Assembly (NCBI GenBank): GCA_001661245.1
Contig: KV454011.1
Location: 1,142,724 to 1,206,723 of the forward strand
DNA length: 64,000 bases
Direction of reading: 5' to 3'
Source: Pachysolen tannophilus NRRL Y-2460
Lineage: Eukaryota
Shown: piece by piece, positions 1 through 11,034 of the stretch
How positions within the stretch are numbered: position 1 is the first letter of the stretch
How the letters are laid out: each line of letters begins with the position of its first letter
Notes under the pieces: model-generated
What the model was told of the DNA's origin: nothing
The model's input: the letters and a program-made list of their open reading frames with translations, nothing else
Database searches by the model: none
Program-made: the position numbers and the translations under genes

Positions 1-277
1 CTATCGACATTCTCTTCTTCTCCGTAATTCTTTTCTTCTAAAAAACAAATGAATATTCTCCCTATTACTGTTTTAATTTTCGATTTAAATTTTAATATAA
101 TATTTTCATCTATAATAATAGATCTATCTATAAGAGAATCTGTTTTTTCTTTTTTTTTCTTTTTTTCTTTTTTTTTTTTTTTTTTTTTGAGTTATTTTTT
201 TTTTATTTTATTTTTTGTTAACTAATTAAAAATTAGATGAACAATTTAAATATATTTTATTATATATGGATTAATAG

Positions 278-1075
278 ATGACTACTGCTCATAGACCGAC
301 GTTTGACCATGCCAAAGGTGTGAAGAATCAAAACAAGACTTCTATAGTTCATGCGAGATCGTTGCCGGCTCATCGACAGTTGAAATTTAGGAAAAGAAGA
401 TTACAAGCAGAAGAAGAAGAAGAAGATGGTGATGATGAAGAATTTAAAACTTTAAATGTTGATTTAAATAAAGCTAAGAAATCTGCTCTGGAATTCAAGT
501 TAGAATTATTGCTGAAGGAGCAAAAGTATTATAAGGAGAACAATAAATTGTATAAAGATAGGTATTTGAGGAATGATTCAGATGAGCATGAAGAGACTTT
601 GATGATTGAAGCTAATGGCGGTAGTGAAGAAACGTTTGAACAAAGAAGGCAAAAATTATTGGAAGAAACAAGGGATGTTGATGCTTCATCGAGTGAGGAG
701 GAGGACGACGATAACGATAACGAGGAGGAAGAACCTGAAGAACCCGAAGAAGAAGAAGAAGAAGAAGAAGAACAAGAGGGTAGTTCAGAATCTGAGGATG
801 ATTCTGAAGATGAGACTGAGCAATTAATGAAAGAGCTTGCCAAGATTAAAAAAGAACGAGAACAAGAAAAATTGCTGCTGGCAAAAGAGCTGCAAGAACG
901 TGAGATGATGGGCAAGAATCCATTACTAAACAATAATTCCAATGGGAGAAGTTGGAGGAATGAGACAGTTTTCCAAAAACAAAATAAAATTGGTGGGAAT
1001 AAAGAAGATGGGTTTGTTAATGATTTGTTAAGAAATGAATTCCACAAGAAATTCATGGATAGGTTTATAAAATAA
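278..1075 (+). CDS. CWC15: Pre-mRNA splicing factor Cwc15/Cwf15
   Basis: N-terminal MTTAHRPTF motif, acidic middle region, and C-terminal SWRNETVF...FVNDLLRNEFHKKFMDRFIK, all typical of the Cwf15/Cwc15 family. Confidence 0.93.
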   Translation: MTTAHRPTFDHAKGVKNQNKTSIVHARSLPAHRQLKFRKRRLQAEEEEEDGDDEEFKTLNVDLNKAKKSALEFKLELLLKEQKYYKENNKLYKDRYLRNDSDEHEETLMIEANGGSEETFEQRRQKLLEETRDVDASSSEEEDDDNDNEEEEPEEPEEEEEEEEEQEGSSESEDDSEDETEQLMKELAKIKKEREQEKLLLAKELQEREMMGKNPLLNNNSNGRSWRNETVFQKQNKIGGNKEDGFVNDLLRNEFHKKFMDRFIK

Positions 1076-1218
1076 ATAAATAAATACAATTCTTGAATCT
1101 TTTTTTTTTTTTAATGAATAATGATTATTGATTTTGCTTTTGTTTTTTTTTATAAATATATATATATATGTAAAAGTATCTGAATAAGTTAACAAATGTG
1201 TGTAGGAAAAATATTTAT

Positions 1219-1750
1219 TTATTTATTGACAACAATGATATTATCCAATTCATCTTTTTCAAATGCTTCAGCTTCAGCTTCTAAAATGAAAGGAGTCAAA
1301 TATGGAACATCTTCATCTAATTTTAAAACTTTTGATTTTGGTAATAACTGGTGAGACATTGCCAATTGTTGGGCGGTTAAAATTCTATAATTTCTAGCAT
1401 ATGTTTCAGAATTTGGTAATCTATGAATAGCCTTTTGCATAATTGGGGTTTCTTCAATCAATATATCATCCAATCTATAAATATAAATATAACCGCTGTT
1501 AGTAAAAACAATCTTTTTTTTTTCAAAAAAACAAATAAAAAAAAAAACCAAATCCACTTATTATATCTCTTATCTATATACCACAAGTTTCATTCATTTT
1601 AATTTTAATTTTAATTACTCACCTTAAACCCATTTCTCTGTAACCAGCCAAGTGAACAAACACTTTTGAAGCTGGAACAAAAAGAGATCTCAAGACAGGA
1701 GTCTTTAATATATAGTCACACTGCTTAACAACCGATGTTAATGAAGCCAT
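1219..1750 (-). CDS. QCR7: Ubiquinol-cytochrome c reductase subunit 7, two exons (1750-1623 and 1474-1219), 127 aa
   Basis: Exon 1 MASLTSVVKQCDYILKTPVLRSLFVPASKVFVHLAGYREMGL joins exon 2 RLDDILIEETPIMQKAIHRLP...YARNYRILTAQQ; 128+256 nt = 128 codons. The start given in the ORF track (1557) lies inside the intron. Confidence 0.93.
1475..1622 (-). other. Spliceosomal intron of QCR7 (148 nt)
   Basis: Donor GTGAGT at 1622, branch TACTAAC at 1504-1498, acceptor TAG ending at 1475; splicing restores the frame (AG|A = Arg). Confidence 0.92.
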
Positions 1751-2080
1751 TTCTATCACAATATGAATATCAATATCAATATTAAATTATAATATAATAT
1801 AATATAATTTAATAATAATAATTATAATATAGTTAATAGATATTGTTAATAATGCTATTTTTTCTCTTTTTCTTGTTCTTTTACCGTCTTGAGCTTTGTT
1901 GTAATTTGGAAAAGTTTTATTGGTTGTGCTATTGACACGGGGCTGCCACTAGAGAAAAACAGTAAAAAAAAAAGATAAAATTGACAGAACTAAAATTAGT
2001 AGTGTACAAAAGCAGACAAGTGCTCAAAAAATACTAATCAGGTAGTTCGAGAGCACGACACTACTCTTGTTGTAAACTTC

Positions 2081-2268
2081 TGAAAATTTTTTAGGAAAAA
2101 CAGAAAGTCGTGTATATAAGTTTGAAAACTAAAAAAAATTATTTCCTTTTTGGTTTGGACTTCCATTTAGGGGAAATTTCCTTTTTCGTTTTTTTCACTT
2201 TTTTTTTTTTTTTTTTTTTTTCTTTTTATCTCATCTCTATGAAAAATAAGTAGAAAAAAAAAATTTTC
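2081..2268. promoter_or_regulatory. RRPE and PAC ribosome-biogenesis elements upstream of SPB1
   Basis: TGAAAATTTT at 2081-2090, AAAAATTTTC near 2259-2268, and GAGATGAG on the minus strand (CTCATCTC 2230-2237), in front of a Ribi gene. Confidence 0.7.
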
Positions 2269-2376
2269 GCTTTCTTTTTATATGAAAAGAAGATAGCTTT
2301 GTTTTATTGTGTATTACATAGATTAACTAGATTATCTATTGTATCTATTTTAGAAGTTTGAGCTACTGTTTGAAAG

Positions 2377-4887
2377 ATGGGTAAGACTCAAAAGAAAAAT
2401 AGCAAAGGTCGTTTGGACCGGTATTATTTCTTGGCCAAAGAGAAAGGATATAGAGCTCGTTCTTCTTTTAAGATTTTACAGATTAATGAGAAATATGGTC
2501 ATTTTTTAGAAAAATCGAAAGTGGTTATAGATTTATGTGCTGCTCCAGGGTCATGGTGTCAGGTTGCTTCGAAGCTATGTCCTGTAAACTCGATGATTAT
2601 TGGTGTTGATATTGTCCCCATTAAGCCATTACCAAATTGTATTACTTTTCAATCGGATATTACAACTGAAGATTGTAGGTCTAAATTAAGAGGTTATATG
2701 AAGACATGGAAGGCGGATACTGTATTGCATGATGGTGCTCCAAATGTTGGTCTTGGATGGGTACAGGATGCATTTACCCAGTCGCAGTTGACTCTTCAAG
2801 CGTTGAAATTAGCAGTGGAAAATCTTGCACCAGGTGGAACATTTGTAACAAAGATTTTTAGATCAAAAGATTATAATAATTTGATGTGGGTTTTCAGGCA
2901 ATTATTTGATAAAGTTGAAGCAACAAAACCTCCTGCATCTCGTAATGTATCTGCAGAGATTTTTGTTGTTTGTAAAAATTTTAAAGCTCCTAAGAAATTG
3001 GATCCAAGATTATTAGATCCAAAAGAAGTTTTTGAAGAAATACTGGAAGGTGCTAAAAATAATGAATCAAAAGTTTTTAACCCAGAAAAGAAAAAAAGGA
3101 AAAGAGATGGTTATGAAGAAGGTGATTATACACAATTCAAGACAATGCCATTAATGGAATGGGTCAATTTACAAGATGATGTTATAAGTATATTAGGTAC
3201 AATGAATCTGTTTATTATTGATAAAGAAAATCCAGATTTTAAAATTCTTAAAAAAATGAAACAAACTACTGATGAATTTTATGAATGTTGTAAAGATTTA
3301 AAAGTTCTTGGTAAGAAAGATTTCCGTATGTTAATAAAATGGAGAAAACATGCTCGTGAATTATTAGGTTTGGAAGATGAAGATAGTAAAGATAAAAATA
3401 ATTTAAAAGATCAATCATCATTAGTTGAAGTGGAACCATTAACAGAAGATCAAAAAATTGATAAAGAATTACAAGATTTACAATCAAAACTGGCACAAAA
3501 GAGGAAAAGAGAAAAAAGAAAGAAAAATGAATCAAAACAAAAGGAAATTCAAAGAATGCAAATGAATATGTTAACCGATATGCAAATTGGTATTGATGCT
3601 GCTACAAATGGTGGTGAATCTTTATTCGATTTAAAAAAAGCTGAAAAGACTGGCCAACTTAATGACCTTGCTAAAGGTAAAAAACGTATGATCTTTAATA
3701 ATGAAGATATAATAAGGGATAACGATATCACAGTGGGAAATGGTGATAATGATGATAAAGATTTTGATGACCTGAACTCAGAAAATGAAGTTGATGAGTT
3801 GGAAGCACAATTAAATGACATGTATCAAAATTATCAAGAACGTAGAATGGAAAAAGATGCCAATTTGAAAGCTAAATTAGCAAGAGGTGGCGATGTAGAT
3901 GATGCATGGGAAGGTATTACTGAAACTGAAGAAACTAATGCCGGATTGAATGGAGATGCAAGCTCAGATGGTGAATTTTATTCTAGCAGCGAGTCAGATA
4001 TTGATTCTGATGATGATGAAGCAATTAATAAATTAGTTTCGGATTTAAAAGAACAGAAACTGGAAAACGGCTTATCTAAAAAGGCAAAAGTATTTTTCAG
4101 TGATTCTATATTTGATGATGTTGATGAAGAAGATGCTCAAAATGGTAAAGTTTCTAAAAATGAAGTTCCTACAAATATTTTAAAAGTACAGAAAAATTTT
4201 GAACAAGTTGTAGCAGAAGATGATGATGATGGAACTTTTGAAGTTGTTGCTGCTGATGAAGATGGAGAAGAAGATGATAATTCCGATAATGATGACGGAA
4301 CCAAAAAATTGAAATCGCACAAAGATGATGTGGATATCGCCACTGTAGAAGCAATGACTTTAGCTCATCAAGTTGCCTTAGGCCAGAAAACAAAACATGA
4401 CTTGGTCGATGAAGGTTTCAATAGATACTCTTTCCGTGATAAAGACGGCTTACCAGATTGGTTTCTTGATGACGAAAATAAGCATTCCAAGATAGTTAAA
4501 CCTACCACAAAAGAAGCTGCATTGGCAATAAAGGAAAAATTAAAAGAATTGAATGCAAGACCAATCAAGAAAGTAATGGAGGCCCAAGGACGTAAAAAAA
4601 TGAGAGCATTGAAAAGATTAGAAAAATTAAAGAGAAAATCAGATTTAATCAATGATGATTCAGAGAAATCCGAAAGAGATAAAGCAGAAGAAATTACTAA
4701 ATTGATGAAGAAACTTACAAAGAAACAAAAGACAAAACCTAAAGTCACCTTGGTTGTTGCTTCAGGTAAGAATAAAGGTTTAAGTGGTAGACCAAAAGGT
4801 ATTAAGGGTAAATATAAAATGGTTGACGGTACTTTGAAGAATGAGCAAAGAGCATTACGTCGTATCGCTAAGAAACACAAGAAATAG
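2377..4887 (+). CDS. SPB1: 27S pre-rRNA 2'-O-methyltransferase Spb1 (FtsJ/RrmJ family)
   Basis: GYRARSSFK, DLCAAPGSW, VLHDGAPNVG, KPPASRNVSAEIFVVC and the Spb1 C-terminal domain (LNARPIKKV, GKYKMVDG). Confidence 0.97.
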   Translation: MGKTQKKNSKGRLDRYYFLAKEKGYRARSSFKILQINEKYGHFLEKSKVVIDLCAAPGSWCQVASKLCPVNSMIIGVDIVPIKPLPNCITFQSDITTEDCRSKLRGYMKTWKADTVLHDGAPNVGLGWVQDAFTQSQLTLQALKLAVENLAPGGTFVTKIFRSKDYNNLMWVFRQLFDKVEATKPPASRNVSAEIFVVCKNFKAPKKLDPRLLDPKEVFEEILEGAKNNESKVFNPEKKKRKRDGYEEGDYTQFKTMPLMEWVNLQDDVISILGTMNLFIIDKENPDFKILKKMKQTTDEFYECCKDLKVLGKKDFRMLIKWRKHARELLGLEDEDSKDKNNLKDQSSLVEVEPLTEDQKIDKELQDLQSKLAQKRKREKRKKNESKQKEIQRMQMNMLTDMQIGIDAATNGGESLFDLKKAEKTGQLNDLAKGKKRMIFNNEDIIRDNDITVGNGDNDDKDFDDLNSENEVDELEAQLNDMYQNYQERRMEKDANLKAKLARGGDVDDAWEGITETEETNAGLNGDASSDGEFYSSSESDIDSDDDEAINKLVSDLKEQKLENGLSKKAKVFFSDSIFDDVDEEDAQNGKVSKNEVPTNILKVQKNFEQVVAEDDDDGTFEVVAADEDGEEDDNSDNDDGTKKLKSHKDDVDIATVEAMTLAHQVALGQKTKHDLVDEGFNRYSFRDKDGLPDWFLDDENKHSKIVKPTTKEAALAIKEKLKELNARPIKKVMEAQGRKKMRALKRLEKLKRKSDLINDDSEKSERDKAEEITKLMKKLTKKQKTKPKVTLVVASGKNKGLSGRPKGIKGKYKMVDGTLKNEQRALRRIAKKHKK

Positions 4888-5105
4888 AAGTTGTATAGAG
4901 ATGATAGATCTAAATAAAATTCGGTTTTTTTTTATCTTATAATTTGACTTGTATTATTTGTATTATGCTATTAGGGCATCTCGTAATTACCGATTTGTAC
5001 AGTAGGAATTTTTAGTTAAAAAAAATATTTATTATATATATTAATGTTACCCCATAAAAAGCTAGGATTTAAGTATTCATTTAATTCAAACCAAGATATA
5101 AGATT

Positions 5106-7193
5106 ATGGTAGAGAGCAATCTGTCTTATATGCAAGACGAGGATTTAGAGCATAATAGGAGCTCTACTCCTTTATTACCACAACTGCTTGATAATTCATC
5201 TATATCTATCAATACGGTAGACGTGCAGCAGATGGTGAACGTTATCAATCCTCCGAGATCAACTTTTTACATTATAATATTGACGGTGATATTGGGAGGA
5301 TTACAATTGGCGTGGTCTACTGAGTTCAGTGAGGGAACTCCGTTTTTATTAAGTTTGGGTATTTCGAAACAACTTCTAGCTTTGATATGGATAGCCGGAC
5401 CATTGAGTGGTACATTAGGTCAGCCCATTGTAGGAATTTACAGTGATAATTGCAATTTTTCAATAGGTAGAAGGAAACCATTTATAATAGCAGGATGTTT
5501 GGCTACAAGCTTTTCCTTGTGGTATCTTTCACATTCCCCAACTATTATTAAATTTATTTTTTTCCATAATGATGGTTCGAACATGGATCTGATAAAAAGT
5601 TTCACGATTCCGTTTGCTGCATTTGGAGTTTACTTGCTTGATTTTTCCATTAGTGTGATTCAAGCGGCATCAAGAGCGTTTATAGTTGATTGTGTTCCAA
5701 CAAATCAACAGCAGATTGCCAATGCGTGGGCTGCGAGAATGATTGGGATATTTAATATAGTTGGATTTTGGTTAGGTTCAATTGATTTGACTAAAATCTT
5801 ACCCTTATTAGGTGATACTCAATTTAAGATCTTGGCATCGTTTGCTGCTATCTTCTTGGTAATATTTACATCGGTTAGTTGTTTATATATCGTTGAGAGG
5901 AATCCTCAAGCTGATGTTGCTATTAAAGCAGAAAGAAGGAAAAGTCTGAAAAAATTAAAAGCTTTAGGTATAGAAGATTTGCAATCATCAAATATTTTAA
6001 AAATTATTAAATCATTATTTTTGCAAACATTAAATTCTATTAATAAATTGCCACCACAAGTAAAGATTGTTTGTTATGCCGAATTTTTTGCATGGATTGG
6101 TTATTTCCCCATGTTGTTTTATACAACAACTTATGTTGGTGAATTGTATTTATATAACAATGGACATAACTTGAATAAGTTACCTGAGGAAGAAAAACAA
6201 AGACTCTTGGATGAAAGTACTAGACGTGGTTCATTGGCGTTACTTTTACATGCAATTACATCTTTGGTAGTTTGCATGATTTTACCCACTTTAGTGAAAC
6301 CAATGGAGCAATGCGCGGACAATGGTGGTCCTAAAAATTTTGAAGAAGAAGATTCTGAAATTGAGGTTTTCTCAAATGTTCAACTTAACAATATAGTTAA
6401 AAATTGTATGAGATACAAGAAGGATTTTGATAAGAAATTACAATTATTTACAATTTCTAAAATTTGGATCGTATCACATGTAGTATTTATCTTGTGCATG
6501 ACTTCGACTTTTTTCATATTTAATTCAGTTAGCGCTATAGTAATGTTTGCATTTTTAGGGATTCCATGGGGAACAGCTTTGTATGCACCATTTGTTTTAA
6601 TCAGTGAAGAAATCAGTAGGATAAAAGATATCAAGGCAAGAGCAGCAAGTGAGGATTTTATGAGTGTACATTCAAATCATATGTCAAATAACCACAGACC
6701 GCAACATGATTTTGCAACTGCTCATCCTTATAATACAACATTTGAAGATGATAATTCCACCGCAGATTTATCACTGGAAGAAAATCCCAACTCTCCAATA
6801 ATACCTCAAAGAACTATAAATTCTCAAATAACCAAGAATTTACAGAGAAAATTTGGAAAACAGAAAAGACTACATCCCAAGATAGTTGCCAAGTACGAAA
6901 ATTATGAACATGAATCCGGTATTATCTTAGGCATACATAACGTTTTCATAGCTGCTCCTCAAGTTATCTCCTCCTTAATGAGCTCTCTTTTATTTTGGAT
7001 TTTCAGTAAAATACAAAAAAACACTGGAGATGATGAAGAATTTGATAGCAGTTTAGGTTGGGTTTTCAGGTTTGGTGGATTAGCATGCATACTTGCGTTA
7101 TGGCTCAGTTTAAAAGTGAAAACCAGCCAACAATTGATGTTAGAAGATGAAATAGAACTAGAGGGTCAAACTATGGAAGAACCAAACGCTTAA
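5106..7193 (+). CDS. Sucrose/alpha-glucoside:H+ symporter of the GPH/SUC family (S. pombe Sut1-like), MFS
   Basis: GGLQLAWSTEFSEGTPFLLSLG, WIAGPLSGTLGQPIVG, GRRKPF, FFAWIGYFPMLFY and GIILGIHNVFIAAPQ motifs; about 12 hydrophobic segments. Confidence 0.85.
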   Translation: MVESNLSYMQDEDLEHNRSSTPLLPQLLDNSSISINTVDVQQMVNVINPPRSTFYIIILTVILGGLQLAWSTEFSEGTPFLLSLGISKQLLALIWIAGPLSGTLGQPIVGIYSDNCNFSIGRRKPFIIAGCLATSFSLWYLSHSPTIIKFIFFHNDGSNMDLIKSFTIPFAAFGVYLLDFSISVIQAASRAFIVDCVPTNQQQIANAWAARMIGIFNIVGFWLGSIDLTKILPLLGDTQFKILASFAAIFLVIFTSVSCLYIVERNPQADVAIKAERRKSLKKLKALGIEDLQSSNILKIIKSLFLQTLNSINKLPPQVKIVCYAEFFAWIGYFPMLFYTTTYVGELYLYNNGHNLNKLPEEEKQRLLDESTRRGSLALLLHAITSLVVCMILPTLVKPMEQCADNGGPKNFEEEDSEIEVFSNVQLNNIVKNCMRYKKDFDKKLQLFTISKIWIVSHVVFILCMTSTFFIFNSVSAIVMFAFLGIPWGTALYAPFVLISEEISRIKDIKARAASEDFMSVHSNHMSNNHRPQHDFATAHPYNTTFEDDNSTADLSLEENPNSPIIPQRTINSQITKNLQRKFGKQKRLHPKIVAKYENYEHESGIILGIHNVFIAAPQVISSLMSSLLFWIFSKIQKNTGDDEEFDSSLGWVFRFGGLACILALWLSLKVKTSQQLMLEDEIELEGQTMEEPNA

Positions 7194-7989
7194 ACGTATT
7201 CTCGTTACTTATTTATCTCTTTAATCTTGCTTTATTTTATACTTTGTTCCTATTTATTCCTTTTGCCTGTTTATTTTTTATGACTACACGAATTCAATGT
7301 AAGGAAATGTATCTTAACTCGGCTATCACCAAACATGTAGAGCAACATATATATATATATATATAGTTGATTCAACTTAAGTATCTTTTCTTTTACTTTA
7401 GGGACCATTACTTCAAGGATTCATTACTTGTTGGTGCTAATCCCTGTCCCATCTCACTCTCACGTCGACATTATTCTCTTCTCAACCATCTTAACCGAAA
7501 AGATCTTGCAATAGCCGTACAAAAACCTGTAGCTGCAGAATTATTTCCTTTTTAGGAAGAGTGATATTCGAAGATGGGCCAACAACACCAATGGATTCCC
7601 ACCAAGACAAACAGTGAACAACAACCAACCACTATATGAATTAAATGCTCATGGGACAGTTGAGTATATTACAAAGAATTGGTTGATGATGACTCCTTTT
7701 TTCTTTTTTTTTTTGGCTGTATTGAAAAATGAAGTTTGAAACAAATTTGAGCGTATCGGCTAATATATCCATTTGAGCAAGTCTCTTCTTCTTCGGAGCT
7801 CGCTTAAGTTTTCCGTATCGATTACGGCTTCCTTTGGGGTAAAAAGTCGGTCGTTAATATATAAATACCATTACAAAGTCAGCTCTTCTCATGTGTTAAT
7901 TGAATTCCCGACTTTATATCAAGAGACAAGACACTGGATTTTATTTTGTTGATCAGCGGTAGTGTTGGATAAGTTTTTCTTTTTATTGA

Positions 7990-9738
<1,749 letters not shown>

Positions 9739-10061
9739 AACAAAATATTTTTTTTTTTTAAAAAAAAAGCACCATAATAAGTTACTTAAATAAATAGTCT
9801 CTCTCAATAAAGCCTTTTCATTCCAATATTCTTTTTGCTTTACTCTGAAGTGTGTAGTTGAACTAAGTCTCTTCATCAATTTCTGATCATTTGTATGTAA
9901 GTAGTGCTTCAAATGATATAACACGCCTTTACAATATTTTTGTTTACTTTAAATGAGAATACCAAGAAAAGTTTATATTCTTTTTATTATTATTATTACC
10001 ATTTATTTCAATTATTAGATTTGGATTTATTATAGAGAGATAGCTAGGTTTTAGACGGAGG

Positions 10062-10937
10062 ATGTCAAAGAAGTCGGCTTCTAAAATTAAAAAAACAGTG
10101 TCGTTTTCTGATACGTTGCCAAACGAAACATCTACGTCGAATGATGGCAAGGGAAACACAAAAATTTCAAATACCGCTGTGAATAGCAGTGAGAGTAATG
10201 ACTGGAAGGAAAAGGAAGATGATGATTCCAATGGGAAGAAAATTTCATCTATAGAGCCTGCACCAGTATTTAAAAGCACTTTTGCCATTGTACCATACCA
10301 TTATTTGTTGGTTTTATTTTCAATGTTTTATCATCATAATATTACTCAAGATGTCATATTAGGGTTGAAGCAAAGTTTAATTTTATTAATTGGTTTACAA
10401 ATTGTGTATGGCTACATATTGTTATTTGAATTGGTACCACCATCGGCTTCCAAGGTAAAGAAGTCTGCTAAACAGATGAAACAACAAAATTCCGACATCA
10501 ACTTCTTGTACATTTTTGCTTCTTTAGTTTTATCCTGTTTATTAGCATTCCCAGTTTACGTAATAATCGTTTTATTTGGTGCTCCATTTTTATCCTTAAC
10601 TTTACAGACGTTGTTATTATCGTTGCATTTTTCTTTAATTACTATTTTCCCGCTATTCATCGTTTATAATTTTACCAAGGCAAACGATTTTAACCATTAC
10701 TGTTATTTAATATTTTCGAATTTTTCAACAGATACTTTACTTAACCATCAAGTTTATTTTATTTCAATTGGAGGTGTTATTGGGACTTGGTTAGGTGTTT
10801 TCCCGATCCCCCTAGATTGGGATAGAGATTGGCAAAAATGGCCAATAACGTTAATAGTAGGTGGTTATACCGGTTCCGTTATTGGTGCACTTTTTAGTTC
10901 AGCACTTAATTTTTATTTATCAAAAAAATCAAATTAA
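10062..10937 (+). CDS. GPI11: GPI anchor biosynthesis protein Gpi11 (PIG-F family)
   Basis: Multi-pass membrane protein with LFGAP and GTWLGVFPIPLDWDRDWQKWPI signatures. Confidence 0.93.
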   Translation: MSKKSASKIKKTVSFSDTLPNETSTSNDGKGNTKISNTAVNSSESNDWKEKEDDDSNGKKISSIEPAPVFKSTFAIVPYHYLLVLFSMFYHHNITQDVILGLKQSLILLIGLQIVYGYILLFELVPPSASKVKKSAKQMKQQNSDINFLYIFASLVLSCLLAFPVYVIIVLFGAPFLSLTLQTLLLSLHFSLITIFPLFIVYNFTKANDFNHYCYLIFSNFSTDTLLNHQVYFISIGGVIGTWLGVFPIPLDWDRDWQKWPITLIVGGYTGSVIGALFSSALNFYLSKKSN

Positions 10938-11034
10938 TTAAATATATGGGCAATGATTTTAGAATAATTTCCCCCCACAAGAGTAAAAGAAAATATATCA
11001 ACATCCTAATTATTAATTTTTAATTCATATGAAC

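Noticed and set aside
1..10. Possible minus-strand ATG (CAT at 8-10) of a gene leaving the window
   Set aside because: Only three codons are visible, so it cannot be supported.
529..1089. Ser-rich antisense ORF over CWC15 and similar antisense or alternate-frame ORFs (4368-4880, 51323-51796, 60878-61264 and others)
   Set aside because: Shadows of GAA/GAT-rich coding strands; many have non-ATG starts and none shows family motifs.
7367..7555. 62-aa ORF between the SUT1-like gene and PUT2
   Set aside because: TTG start and no recognisable motif; probably PUT2 promoter sequence.
7757..7850. CGG/CCG triplets upstream of PUT2 as a Put3 site
   Set aside because: I found no CGG-N10-CCG spacing (the closest pair is N16), so no site can be assigned.
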